A DNA stretch of 64,000 bases from Parasitella parasitica NRRL 2501 (GCA_025201805.1 MU619248.1:1-64000), one strand, 5' to 3'; positions 1 through 12,039 are shown, counted from the stretch's first letter. Notes: generated from the letters alone by a model not told the origin. Program-made: numbers and translations.

Positions 1-1
1 A

Positions 2-3000
2 CGAGCTGGTCACCCCGCCCACTCTGGTGATTTTTGCACCTTCGCTACGCTACGGTAAAAATCGACCTTCGTTTACGCGGGGTCCATCTCGCTCTGCGAG
101 GCAGCCAGTCTCCGAAATAAATGAAATTTTATTGTATTTATATGGAATATAAGAGGAAGTTGTATGTCATAATGATTGTACTGTCTTAAAGGAAGACTTC
201 AGTAAAGACGACGTTTCTTGTGCAATTGAGTGGAATTCGTTTTTGCTTCTCATCTTCAGATTGCTCTATAAGAACTTTTATAGAGCTAGGATTTTGGACT
301 CTCGAGAGAGCAACGTATAATTGGCCATGGGAAAATACAGGCTTTGGAAGGTATAAACCCACCTTTTTTAAAGTTTGTCCTTGAGCCTTGTTTACAGACA
401 TTGCAAAGGCAAGCCTAATGGGAAATTGGTGTCTTTGGAAGTTGATAGGGGACTCATCAGGTGCATTTAAAGATATTTTTGGAATAAGGACCACATTACC
501 AATTTTGGAACCTGAAATGATTTTTGCAGAAATAACATTTGGGAGAAGGGCCTCGATTATCAATCTTGTACCGTTACAAAGACCGGTAGATGGGCTTATG
601 TTTCTCAACAGAATTATAGGACAATGCTGTTTAAGTTTCAGTAGGTGAGGAGGAAGACCACCAACGTCAATGTTGTTCATCATTTCTGGGGGATACTGTA
701 CTTGGGCTTCCTCAGAGGAACATTTATCAGCACTACGATATATGACCTCTTGGCCAGGAATTTGAGCAAGCATGATATCATTTAAAATCTGGACATCGGC
801 ATTCATTGGTGTCATAATAACTGAATTAGTGAGCATGTCTGCCCAGGGACGGGATGTCATATCAGCACCGACTGTACCCAAAAGTGGAAGTGTGCTATTG
901 ATAAGAGAATGCACGTTGGTACCAGGAATCACCATATCCAATGAAATGGGAATATAATCGGTGTCAGCAGCAGGGGCAAAAACATTGCCATTAAATCTGA
1001 ATCCTGGAACCTCACCATTACCGACACGCAAAAGATAATTGGCAAAAGTTTGCAGTTGATTAGCAAGGGCCGTATCGTTAGAGTTTTGCGCATTGAGCAC
1101 TCGCATATTCACTCTCAATCTGAATACTCGAACAAATCTCCAAAGCCGAGATCTATTGATGCATTGGCTTATAACACCAGGTCTTGCTTGTTTTCTAATC
1201 ACGGGTAGAATTTGTCTGAAGTCACCGCCAAAAACCATTAGCATGCCACCAAAAGGCTCTGATTTTACCTGAGGATTGTCTAGACTACGAACATCTCTCA
1301 ACATACGATCAACAGCGTCTATATGGTCTTTTTGGGTCATAGAACTCTCATCCCATACTACCAACCGACAGAACCTCATCAAGCGACCTTGTTCACTATT
1401 GGGCTTTATGTTGCAGACACTGTCTTTGTCAATCTGCAAAGGCATACCAAATGTAGAATGAGAAGTTCGCCCACCATCTAATAATAGCGAAGCAGTACCA
1501 CTGGAGGCCACGGCTATTGCAATGTCACCATTTGATCTTACTTGATGTAAGAGGCTATTGAACAAAAAGGTCTTTCCAGTGCCACCAGGTCCATCTATAA
1601 AGAAAACTTTACCACTAACATCGTTTGTTTGACCAGTTTGATAGCAATGATTGATCGCTTCAAAAACAGCCCTTTGGTCATCATTGAAGTTGGTTGGATC
1701 AATGGAATCAGGTCGTGATTGGGCAGCAGCAATTAATCTGTGGTGCTCCCGGAAAATTGGAGACACTCTTTGAGTTCTGGTATCTGCAACCCGAGTATCA
1801 ACAGCAGGTAGAACAAAATTGATTTCATCAAACTCGATGATGCTCATCTGGTACTCTTCTTGGAGTGTATCCTCTAAGTCTAGTAGACAGTGGTCTTTAG
1901 CTCTGTCCTGAATATCCACATTCACCAAGTGTTCATTATTTCTCATTCTGTAGACATAATCTTCACTCATAGCATCTGCAAACTGAGACCATAAGCGGAA
2001 GGGATCTGTGGGATTGCCATGGTACAGGATAACAATAAATAACGATCTAAGAGCAACTGGAGTTCGAAATGTCTCTGCTTCTGCCATACACGATTCCCAG
2101 TGATCGTCGGCCTCTAGAAGGCCCAAAGCTTGGCAAGCAGCCTTGAATGTTGGTTGCACTACACCATTGACAGTTCGCAAGTTTACGAATGAGGTGGCAC
2201 CTACAACATGGTAGAGCAGCATTCTGAGGTGGAACTTTTCGGAATCTCTAGGAGACACATTGTACACACGACCAATCGTAGAACCTTTGAGCGTTTGTCT
2301 TTGCTTCCATTTCCTTGGTTTAGATGAAGCGTCCCAAACAAAATGCTCTGGAAAGTTGGGATAAAGGATGTTTCTTGCGCGAGGGTTAATAGCGTTGATA
2401 TCAAACCATGCTGTCAATGTAGTTTTTTGCAAAGATGCTTTTGAGACTACATCAATAACGTTATCATTTTCATTGAAAAACACTCTTTGTTCGTCCTCCA
2501 AATGTACAGCTAGTCGCTGATGAGCCGGAAATTCTCTGTGCATATGAAAAGAGAGCAAACGCCAGCATGCTTCCGGGGCAGATACGTATCTCGCATCGAT
2601 GTACTCTTGTATTTCATCTTCGTTTTCTACAGTTCCTGAGATGCAATCATGCCCTTTGTACACATACTTGTATACGTATTTAATTGAATTGATGGATGAA
2701 CATATTTCAACATTTATATGAGCATCGAATTTTGTAGTCAGGTACGGGTTGTATGGTATTACGTCTCTGTTGGTAAAAGTGTGATACCTGCCCTTGATGA
2801 TCTTAACGAACTGTCGACCATTATTTGGGCGCTTATATTCTGGATACCCTCCTTGTGGTGCTACAGTCGTCTCCTCTGTAAAATTCCTTGGATACTTTTT
2901 AGTGCACTTCCCTTCTTCCCAACATCTGGCATCTTCATGAGCCCCTCCACAAGGACCATGTAACATATTTCTGGTGACAGTTTGATAAAGCAAAGGCTGA

Positions 3001-5451
3001 GTTTGTTCGTTTGGCAATTCTGCTGACACAACGCGATCAAAATCAGCAGTTGTCAACGGCTTGTCTAGCTCCTGTACGATTAGTAGTATGTGGGCGTGTG
3101 GGAGACCACGTTTCTGGAATTCTATCGTATACACATAGGCTTTCATTTTACCAAGAACATTACGCTTGGTGATATCAGCTAGCAATTCTTTGACTTTCAT
3201 GTCAAACACTCTTGCACACAGATCAGGACGATCTGAAGCCGATTGCCCAAACTTCAACTCACGTACAATTTCTGGCCATGCAGGGTTGCAAGTAAATGTA
3301 ATGAAATAGTCTGGCTTCCCAAACCGGCGGACAATGCTAAGAGCGTCATGGTAAAGCTGAACCATATACCGCGGACCACCAATGAAAGTTGATGGCAGAA
3401 TTACCTTGGTTCCCAAGTGAGAGGCATCCTGATCAGTAGGAGCAATAGCATCTTTTAAGCCCTTGTACATGTCAGCTCTTAATTGTTTCTGGTTTCGTCG
3501 AATAAAACCCAATCTTTCCTTTTCCATCTTGTCAAAGCTAATGACAATATATTGGTGGAACATTTTGCCATATAAGTGGAGTAGATGGGTGTATGGCTCT
3601 CTCACCATTAGCCTATAGCTATAATAATCCATGGGAGAAATTTTTGGGCGTCTTTTGGGACCGGTGGGAGTGGGTTGCGCAATAACTGGTGTGGGCTCTA
3701 CAATGGCGTATTCGCTATCCTCATGTTGTTCTGAAAAGTTGACAGAAAGGCTTTCGTCTCTGAACATGTTAATGTGCCAGCCGGCGTCTCCTTGTGGAAA
3801 AATGATACTATAGCTTAAAGGATCATGATACTGGTTGAACTCGTTGATGCGTTTAATGCCCTCGCTGCCATTTTGATAATGTAAAACAATATCTCGGAAT
3901 GACGCTGTCTCTTGGGAACTGTCTTCTCCTCCGATGATAATAATGCCAAGCTCATCTGTACTGGTGGGCCTGTTGTATCTCCTTCTATCTGGAGTACCAT
4001 CCGCACGGAAGATTAGCTTGAGGTTGGGAAGTCTCTGAATTCCCACATTATTGGTTTGCTGCTCATCTGCTATCTCATCGGCAATTTGAGACATGTACTT
4101 GTAATGCTCTACAAATGGGTTTATCTCATGCATCAATGCTTGTAGTTTTCCCAATGTATTTCTCGAAATATGGCTCGCGTGAGCATGACGATTGTCCAAC
4201 TCATTATCAGCATCATAAATGTAAATCTGAGAGAATGTTGGGCGTTCTCCAGCCGCAGGTAAACCACTGCCCATTAAGTGGTATGCACTTCCGTGCAATT
4301 TAAAGTTGTATACACCACCACCTCGGGTTTCTTGTTCTCTAGAGATCTCTTGCTCTCTTGCAGTCTGATTTGTTTTTTTCTTAACGCCCATTGAAGCAAA
4401 ACTCAATGCACTGTTATAAGATCTTATATTCTTTCTAAACTCTCTACATTCGCTTGTTGATCCTGTTAGCAAATCAGCAATCAAAGGAGGTGTTGGCTTA
4501 AGAGGTTTAAGTTTGAAAGAGCTGTTTGCACAGCATAGTTGAAATCTAGGGTTGGTATTAGATGATGTTTTGATTCTCTCTACCATCCACATCAGGGCCC
4601 CACAGCCAGCACACTCCACGCTCATACGGCCACGGTCATCTCTCTCAGTGGGCAGTCTTGTGGGATCCTTTGCAATATTTCGTGTGGCAGAATCGTTTGT
4701 TGCTCTTGGACGTCGTGTTGAGTTTGTTGGGTCAGCGGAGCCTGTTGTGCTTTCTAACGAATTTAAATTATTTCTTGGGTTATTAGGGCAAGAACTGTGC
4801 GTATTTCTTGAATGCCCTAATTGCTGACATGAGGCACATCTAGTTACACTGGCTTGAGGCGTGGGGGCCATGTCACTTTCTGTAACAGATTGAGCGTCAG
4901 CATTTGTATCATTTGTAGGGATACCACTGTTTTTTGGATTGTCAGGACATGAGCTATGTGATTTTCTCGAGTGACCTAATGTATGGCATGAAGCACAGCG
5001 CTTGGTTTGCCGGTGGCTAGGGCCAGCTATGTTTTGACCAGAATCAGAGGAGGGACGCTTTGGCATACACTATAATTTGTTATAACACTGCGATTTCTAA
5101 AAAAAAAAATTGATCAAATCCTCGGTACCTTTTATTATAAGGTTTATTACACAATATAATTTGAGGGGTCTTTTTTGAGGGTAATTATAGACTGTAATTT
5201 CTAGTTTAATAAACTGTATGAACCTGATAATTTTTACCAATTGCAGTTGTTGGTAAAAATGAGAGAAGGGTAGATAACAGCGAGGAGGGTGAGATTTATA
5301 TGATGGTGGTAGTTCGCACCAGATATTAGCAGTAGACTTTCTTTTAATGTCAACGTCTAGTACTGTATACGTGGCGCTAATCCCTAAGGATACCCCCTAT
5401 ATACCACAACTTTAGTAATTCGTAAAAACACCATTATTTTATTATATAAGA
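2..5451 (-). mobile_element. Autonomous Helitron (rolling-circle transposon), apparently full length
   Basis: The minus strand begins A|TCTTATATAATAAAATAATGG at 5451, a Helitron-type 5' TC end after A. It carries an intact RepHel ORF. It ends ...TCACC-N11-GGTGA-CCAGCTCG|T at the window edge, a hairpin plus a CTCG variant of CTRR. The 3' end is tentative because it lies at position 1. Confidence 0.88.
186..5066 (-). CDS. Helitron RepHel transposase (zinc fingers + HUH Rep + PIF1/SF1B helicase)
   Basis: Intronless 1626 aa. Rep motifs YFITFTCNP, VYTIEFQKRGLPHAHILL (HUH) and KYVYKYVYKGHD. Helicase motifs FIDGPGGTGKT, VWDE, GGDFRQILPV, QFPIRLAFAMSVNKAQGQT and HGQLYVALSRV. Two N-terminal CASCxxLGHSRxxHSSC knuckles plus a CxxC...CC finger. 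Confidence 0.97.
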   Translation of the reverse strand: MPKRPSSDSGQNIAGPSHRQTKRCASCHTLGHSRKSHSSCPDNPKNSGIPTNDTNADAQSVTESDMAPTPQASVTRCASCQQLGHSRNTHSSCPNNPRNNLNSLESTTGSADPTNSTRRPRATNDSATRNIAKDPTRLPTERDDRGRMSVECAGCGALMWMVERIKTSSNTNPRFQLCCANSSFKLKPLKPTPPLIADLLTGSTSECREFRKNIRSYNSALSFASMGVKKKTNQTAREQEISREQETRGGGVYNFKLHGSAYHLMGSGLPAAGERPTFSQIYIYDADNELDNRHAHASHISRNTLGKLQALMHEINPFVEHYKYMSQIADEIADEQQTNNVGIQRLPNLKLIFRADGTPDRRRYNRPTSTDELGIIIIGGEDSSQETASFRDIVLHYQNGSEGIKRINEFNQYHDPLSYSIIFPQGDAGWHINMFRDESLSVNFSEQHEDSEYAIVEPTPVIAQPTPTGPKRRPKISPMDYYSYRLMVREPYTHLLHLYGKMFHQYIVISFDKMEKERLGFIRRNQKQLRADMYKGLKDAIAPTDQDASHLGTKVILPSTFIGGPRYMVQLYHDALSIVRRFGKPDYFITFTCNPAWPEIVRELKFGQSASDRPDLCARVFDMKVKELLADITKRNVLGKMKAYVYTIEFQKRGLPHAHILLIVQELDKPLTTADFDRVVSAELPNEQTQPLLYQTVTRNMLHGPCGGAHEDARCWEEGKCTKKYPRNFTEETTVAPQGGYPEYKRPNNGRQFVKIIKGRYHTFTNRDVIPYNPYLTTKFDAHINVEICSSINSIKYVYKYVYKGHDCISGTVENEDEIQEYIDARYVSAPEACWRLLSFHMHREFPAHQRLAVHLEDEQRVFFNENDNVIDVVSKASLQKTTLTAWFDINAINPRARNILYPNFPEHFVWDASSKPRKWKQRQTLKGSTIGRVYNVSPRDSEKFHLRMLLYHVVGATSFVNLRTVNGVVQPTFKAACQALGLLEADDHWESCMAEAETFRTPVALRSLFIVILYHGNPTDPFRLWSQFADAMSEDYVYRMRNNEHLVNVDIQDRAKDHCLLDLEDTLQEEYQMSIIEFDEINFVLPAVDTRVADTRTQRVSPIFREHHRLIAAAQSRPDSIDPTNFNDDQRAVFEAINHCYQTGQTNDVSGKVFFIDGPGGTGKTFLFNSLLHQVRSNGDIAIAVASSGTASLLLDGGRTSHSTFGMPLQIDKDSVCNIKPNSEQGRLMRFCRLVVWDESSMTQKDHIDAVDRMLRDVRSLDNPQVKSEPFGGMLMVFGGDFRQILPVIRKQARPGVISQCINRSRLWRFVRVFRLRVNMRVLNAQNSNDTALANQLQTFANYLLRVGNGEVPGFRFNGNVFAPAADTDYIPISLDMVIPGTNVHSLINSTLPLLGTVGADMTSRPWADMLTNSVIMTPMNADVQILNDIMLAQIPGQEVIYRSADKCSSEEAQVQYPPEMMNNIDVGGLPPHLLKLKQHCPIILLRNISPSTGLCNGTRLIIEALLPNVISAKIISGSKIGNVVLIPKISLNAPDESPINFQRHQFPIRLAFAMSVNKAQGQTLKKVGLYLPKPVFSHGQLYVALSRVQNPSSIKVLIEQSEDEKQKRIPLNCTRNVVFTEVFL

Positions 5452-5836
5452 TATCATTTAACTTTTGTTATCTGTTATGGGGTCAATGCTGTCTGCAGAT
5501 ATATGTGCAATTGTGATGATCTTTGTCTACGGAAATGTGAAATCGATGGTTAGCTCTAAAGCTGCGGTTGACATGAAATGCGGTCGGAGCCAGCATATCT
5601 TTGAGCGTCTAAAATATGATACTGTCTATGATGCTACATTGTATATCATCCATCACTTCCCCCCACCCGTGAATGGGAAAATATTATTGACATGGATGCA
5701 GCAAAAAAAAAAAATACTTGAGACACTAAAATAAGAAAAAGCGTATAAAAGCACCCCCCCCCTCTCTGATCTTTCCCTCCCTAAAATTCTCTTTTTCTTC
5801 TTTCTTTGTTCTATTCCACCACACACAAACAGGAGG

Positions 5837-7652
5837 ATGAATAATCATAAATTTAGCATCATTGCGATTTTATGTTGGCTGATTCCGCACATTTTTGCAC
5901 AGCATGACCATATGGAAACAGACGACGACCCTGTCCCAAAGTTCAACGCTACTGGCAATGAACCAATGTCATATGCCTTGTTTCCAGATGAAAAAGGATA
6001 CTTCTATATTCATGTTATCATGATGGTAATCGCATTCTGGATTCTTATGCCAATTGGTAAGTCAAGCATGAATAGATCTGACACTAATGACTGACCCATG
6101 TTGCAGGAATTATGCTCGGTATCGCAAAATCATCGCTTCATGTGCCTGTGCAAATGCTGTCATTCTGTGCTGCTATGGTGGGCTTTTTCTTTGCCAAACT
6201 GTATGGCCACGCCACTCCTCATCTTTATCAAGGAAACTCACATCACACCTTGGGCTGGATTCTGTTCTTGTTCCTAATCGCTCAAATGAGTGTTGGTGTT
6301 GTTCGAAAGGTGGCAAATGCAATTGGCAGAAATAGCAGCAACCACTACGAAAGACTGCAGCAAGAGCATCAGTCGCTCAATAGCGGCTCTTTTTCTAGTA
6401 GCAGTAGCTCAACTTTGGATCGCCATAGCGAAGCTAGCGGCGAAACGCTTGACATGAATGAATTTGAGTTCGATAAGCGCACAGGTAACCACACTTCGTC
6501 CAGTCACTACGACGACGAGCAAGCAGAAGAGGAAGCAATGAACATGTCATCGTCAACAAGTTCGGGCAAAGAGTCAATCGTGATGCGATTATTCTACTCT
6601 GTATCGCCTTATATACCCAACGTTGTCAAAAACGCGTTTATCATGCTTGCCTATAATCCATTCACCAAGGTCGTATGTCGCTATTTTCACATGATTATGG
6701 GCAGAACCTTTATTGTCTTAATTTTCGTGCAAACACTGAGTGGGTTGGTTGTTTATCATGGCGTCTGCAGGTATATATAAAAGCATACAAATGGGTATTT
6801 TTAACTTTTATCTAACTCTAAATCTTATACAGGTCTTGGGAAGTGCTAGGTTGCATTGCTCACTTGATCAAAGGCGGTATTTTCTTCTTTTATGGCATTG
6901 CTACATTCGGCCGCTACTTGGGTGCATTTGCCAATCGCGGATGGGCATGGAATCGACTCGACGGTGCCTCTGGTTACAGCTTTGAGATGATTGAATCAAG
7001 CCTGATCTTTGTTTATGGCATTACAAACACCTGGATGGAACATTTCGGCCAAGATTCCACTTGGACCCACAAGGATCTTGAGCATGCTTCATTGGCTTTC
7101 ATGTGGTGGTGGTGTGGTCTCATTGGCATACTGGTTGAGAGTCGTCGTGTGCGTCGCTTGTTGGAACGCACCATCTTGACTAATACAAGCACCGAAGCTG
7201 CCTCTCATGGCTATTCTTTAAATCCTTTCCCTGCACTGACTGTATTGATGACGGGCATCTCCATGGGAAACCATCACCAAGAAACCGCCTACTCTACCAG
7301 CATTCATTTTATGTGGGGCCTTTTGCTGTCAGCAGCGGCATTTTGCCGTTTTATCACTTATATCTGCCTGTATCGTAATACACCCACTGATGCTCAACCC
7401 AGCAGACCGCCCAGTGAGCTGATTGGGGCTTTTCTGCTGATTGCTGGATCCATCTTGTTCATGGCCTCCAACTCAGGCACCTTGATGTGGCTTCGTAGAA
7501 ACAAGGTTGATTCCATGTTTTTAATGAATGTCTGCGTTGCCCTGACCTCTTTTACACTGATCTACGTGGCCACACTGCAAATCATCAAGGCCTGGGCAGA
7601 GAAGAGGGAAGACTTGAGAAAGCAGAGCATTGAGCAGCAACAACATTTCTAA
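5837..7652 (+). CDS. Ytp1/DUF2427 multi-pass membrane protein (3 exons: 5837-6056, 6107-6770, 6833-7652)
   Basis: Signal peptide; His-containing transmembrane helices; motifs CIAHLIKGGIFFFYG, EHFGQDSTWTHKDLEH and NPFPAL. GT-AG introns join three ORF pieces. Confidence 0.85.
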
Positions 7653-7800
7653 AAAACAAAAAAAAAACTATTTATTAATTCTAATCCATTATATACAACT
7701 TTATACATACATCATTACCTTCCTTAATTGTCCTTTTTAATAAATTTACTTGATTGTTCATAAGCCGTAATCATATACAACTTCAGGAGACACACGCAAA

Positions 7801-7824
7801 CACAAGCACAAGCACAAGCACAAG
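7801..7824 (+). repeat. (CACAAG)4 microsatellite in the SNT2 promoter region
   Basis: Read directly from the sequence. Confidence 0.8.
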
Positions 7825-7909
7825 CCAAATGTAAAAATTTTAAATGAGCGTCCGCACACTCACTTTTTTCTCTTTCTTTTCCATTTTATAATTTTATAAT
7901 TTTCACATC

Positions 7910-10900
7910 ATGTCTGATATCAAGACAGCTCCTAATACTACAGAAACTGAATTAAACGATGGGACCACCATCTACATCAACGGTAAGGCTGAATTGGCTG
8001 CGATGTGGCATAGGGGCTAATCTAGCACATCTACACACACACACCCATAAAAAGACCATGTGTATTTGGCATCTGAACATTTAGGTGAGCCCTACTATAT
8101 CGGTAGAGTCATGGAATTCTGCACTTCGCACAAGCGTAAAGGGCTGCAAGTCCGTATTGCTTGGTACAATAGACTAAAGGACATCATCAACCGCAAGTCA
8201 GCAGATCCTTGTCTCTTGGTTGCCACCATGCATTCAGACATAAATCCGGTGTCTTCCATCCGTGGAAAGTGCACCGTAATGCACAAGTACTATGTACCCA
8301 ACGCTGATGTCTATAGAAAGCAGCAAGACCACTTTTACTACACTCAACTGTATGACAGATACATCCAGCGTGTCTATGATGTCGTGCCATGCGAAACCGT
8401 GCAAAATGTCCCCATGGATACATTAGAAGCCCTCAAATCCAGATATCAGTTCATTGTTGTGGAGCAAGGAAAAGCCGCTGACCTGACCGTTGCAAGAAGA
8501 ATATGCTGCATCTGCCAGCAGTGGTGTCAGAGCGCCGTCTCTGTTAAATGCGCTGCTTGCCACAAGAGCTTCCATATGTCTTGTCTGAATCCTCCTTTAG
8601 CCAGAAAGCCCTCCAAGGGTTTCGCTTGGCAATGCGCCTTCTGCACTCGCCAAGAGGTGCTGGCTGAATCAAGCCCTGATAGCCCTGCCACAAGCACCTC
8701 CCTTACGCGCTCATCGTCCAAGGCCTCCTCGCCAGAGTTCTCAGAATCTCAAAACCAACAACAAACTACCAAAGAACTCAGCATCGCTGCTGCTACTGCT
8801 GCTACTGCTGCTACTGCTGCTACTGCTACTACGACCGCTACAAAGGCTGATCTCAAGAGACAAGTGCGTGCTACGCGCTCCCAGGTCAAACAGCAACAGC
8901 AGCAGGAAACTTTATCACTAAACTCAATGGCTATTGAGGACACATCCAACAACAACTCAGAGGCAACGAATAAGAAATCAAAGCCCACCGTGAAAAAGGA
9001 AGGCCCACAAGGTAAAGAAAGAAAGAAAGAAAAAAATAAAAAAAAGCCAGCTAAACCATCATCTATTTACACATAGCTCAACATATGAAGATGACACACA
9101 TGTGGCCATTTCGCTACTTTGGCGTCAATACAGCCATTAATGATATCTTGGGTAAAAAAAAAAAAAAATTGTTGTGCTCGAAAAAGTCACTCATAAAATC
9201 AAATATTGTCTAGATGTGGATGATCGCATCTATCCACGAGCAAAGAGCAGAATCGGTACCAAATACCAAGCAAATGTCTCTGATTTTATTCCCCAAAATC
9301 CCAATTCCTGCACATCTCCAAACAGTTTGTATCGTGAAATTAATGGCGTGAGCTCTGTGCGAGGTAATTCAGTCGATTATATCAACCACTGCAGTTCTAG
9401 TTCTGCCAGAAGATCATTAAATGATAGCGACATCAGCACCACAGGTTCGCCTTCTAATATCAACGATAATGCAGCTTCTGATAGAGGGTCGTTTGACAGT
9501 GTGAGTAATGTTATGTCTGCGAAAAGTTCAATCGATGGTATCAGCAATACTCGATCGGCAAAGGTTTCAGATACTTGCATTAAATTCGAAAGAGACATTG
9601 ATGCCAACGCCAGCAATGCTTGCAAAAGTTCTGTGAGAGGAACAGATGACGCTGTTACAGTCATTTATCGGCCTGGCATTTTGGACAAAGCAAGTATCGA
9701 TAGCTATATGAATTCTGTCAAGGAATTGGACAATATTCCTCTCCCACCACACAGCTCAGATTTGATGGATAGAGCACTTTACGAGTTGGATTTAAACAAC
9801 TATGAAACTGAGATTGCCTACGAAAACATGTCAAAGTTAAATGGAGACGATTTTAAACACATAGTCGAATGGTCGCCTGTAGAAATCGAAGCATTTGAGC
9901 AGAGCATTCGTAACCATGGCCACGATCTCAATTACGCAAAAGCGACCGTCAAAACAAAAGACATGGCAGACATTGTGCGCTACTTTTATCAATGGAAAAA
10001 AACAGATCGCTATCAGCCAGTGTACTCGGAATGGACAAAAATATATAGACCGCTCAAGAAATTTAAGAGATTCCCTCGAGACAAAGAACGAGAGGCAGAA
10101 GAGGCAGCGCAATTGGAGAAGGAAAACGAAATGGAAATAGATACTAGAGAAAACACCGACCTCACCATTGTACCGAAAGCAACATACGCAGCGAAGCCCT
10201 ACCAGTGCATGAATTGTCTCACAGAACAGTCTCGAATTTGGAGAAGATCACCGTCTGATTTCGACAGAAAACGAAAAGTATTCAGCAAAGTCTTGTGCAA
10301 TGATTGTGGCATCTTTTGGCTAAAGTACGCAAAGACAAAGCCCATTTCACCAGAAACCAGAATTGCCAACATTGCCATGAGCTCTGGCGCCAATAATGCG
10401 ATGAGCAATTCAGCGCTGTCGGGCGGCAACGACGGCAAGCGTAAAAAGACGGATCTCAGTGGCATGCGAAAGCGGTTCAAAGTAGAACGGGAATCTCTGC
10501 AGTTTGATCCATCACCATGCAGTATCTGCCATGTTATGGGCGTAACAACAACTCGATTATACACATGCTACGAGTGTGGCATGTCGGTGCACAATGACTG
10601 TTACGGCATCAAAGAGAAATCCGACCGAATTGGCTGGAGATGTGATCCCTGTCAGAATAGAGAAAAACCAGTTGCATCGTATGTTTATGAATGCGTATTA
10701 TGCTACAACACTGCCTCCAAGCACCAGCCTTTAAAAATGACATCTGGGTATTTCTGGGCACATGTTCAGTGTGCTGCTTTTATCCCCGAAATCAAGTTTG
10801 TCAACCCATCGCTCATATCACCTGTCGAATATATAGGCTGCGTCAATCCAGCGCGATTAGAAGCAAAATGCTCTTTATGTGATGATAAACGCGGTGCCTG

Positions 10901-11596
10901 TGTTGCTTGTTCGGATTGTCACAAAAACATGCACGTGCAGTGCGCCGTAGAAAACAATTATAGATTAGCATTTGAAATACAGCCTTACAATGCTAAAAAT
11001 CATCGCCACAGCGAAAACTACCCCATCATCCCTGCTGGTCTATTCAAGCCTAACTCTGCTTCTGGCATTATGGTCCCTCACATTCTATGTCCTGGCCACA
11101 GCGCCGCTGGAAGGAATCTAATTGGGCTTGACGCTCGTACAACGGACGAGTTACGAGAGGTAAGTTGCATTTGCTGAATGGGCAAACAATAGCGTCGCTG
11201 ACTTGTGCATAATAGACTTCTTTATTCACCTATGCCAAAAACTACAAACGAATCTCCAGCAATAGCACGCCTGCCATGCGACGCTATCTTGCAGCCTCGT
11301 CTTTCTGCCAACCTAAAAAGTCTACAAAGAAAATACCTGCCCCACTTGATGCTGTCATTGACGCGCTGTCAGTAGATGCTTCTTTATCTACTTCAGGCGG
11401 CTCTGGACCTTGCCGTTCTAGAGCCATATTGACATCTCTATCGCCACCGTCCTCTCAATCCTTCTCATGTAACAGGTGTTCGGCGAAATATTCCCCTATA
11501 TGGTGGAGTGCTGATTCTGATCCGTTTTCTTACCAAAGGGTTTGTCAGCGTTGCCACCACAAAGTCAAATCTGAACATCATGTGCATTCAATATAA
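7910..11596 (+). CDS. SNT2: Snt2-like chromatin protein: BAH, PHD, ELM2/SANT, GATA-like zinc finger, PHD/ePHD (5 exons; introns about 7983-8054, 9012-9076, 9152-9213, 11160-11215)
   Basis: BAH (YLASEHLGEPYYIGRVMEF...QLYDRYIQRVYDVVP); PHD (CCICQQWC...FHMSCLNPPLARKPSKGFAWQC); ELM2 (IYPRAKSRIGTKYQA); SANT (WSPVEIEAFE...IVRYFYQWKKT); further PHD fingers. Confidence 0.9.
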
Positions 11597-11713
11597 CTGT
11601 AAAAAAAAAAAAAAGTCAATCGAGAAACCCCCCTCCCCGCATCTTGCTGTTACATATACATAAACATTTTTATACACTTGTATTGTCTTTGGCTCCGTTG
11701 CATATATACATGT

Positions 11714-11715
<2 letters not shown>

Positions 11716-11755
<40 letters not shown>
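11716..11755 (+). repeat. (GT)~20 microsatellite
   Basis: Read directly from the sequence. Confidence 0.95.
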
Positions 11756-11756
<1 letters not shown>

Positions 11757-12039
11757 AAATCTTGATATAATGCATCGTTTTCAATGTTTGCCATGTGCAT
11801 GGAATATCAGAAAAATAGTTGTCGATTGACTCTTCCTAGATGGTCGAGGTGCTGTTTATGTGCCATCATGTACAACTCGATTTGCTAAAAAGAGATACTC
11901 AACAGGAGGAAGTGCATTATTTTAACTGGCCTATTTAAGAGATGGTTGAAGTACAAAAAAGCGATATAGGCTTTTATGATCACATCTGTTATTGCATATG
12001 AATAAACAAAATTTGCCTTCTTATTATCTTCATATATAT

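Noticed and set aside
388-4827. Short plus-strand ORFs overlapping the Helitron gene
   Set aside because: They are antisense shadows of RepHel with no motifs, and there is no evidence of captured genes.
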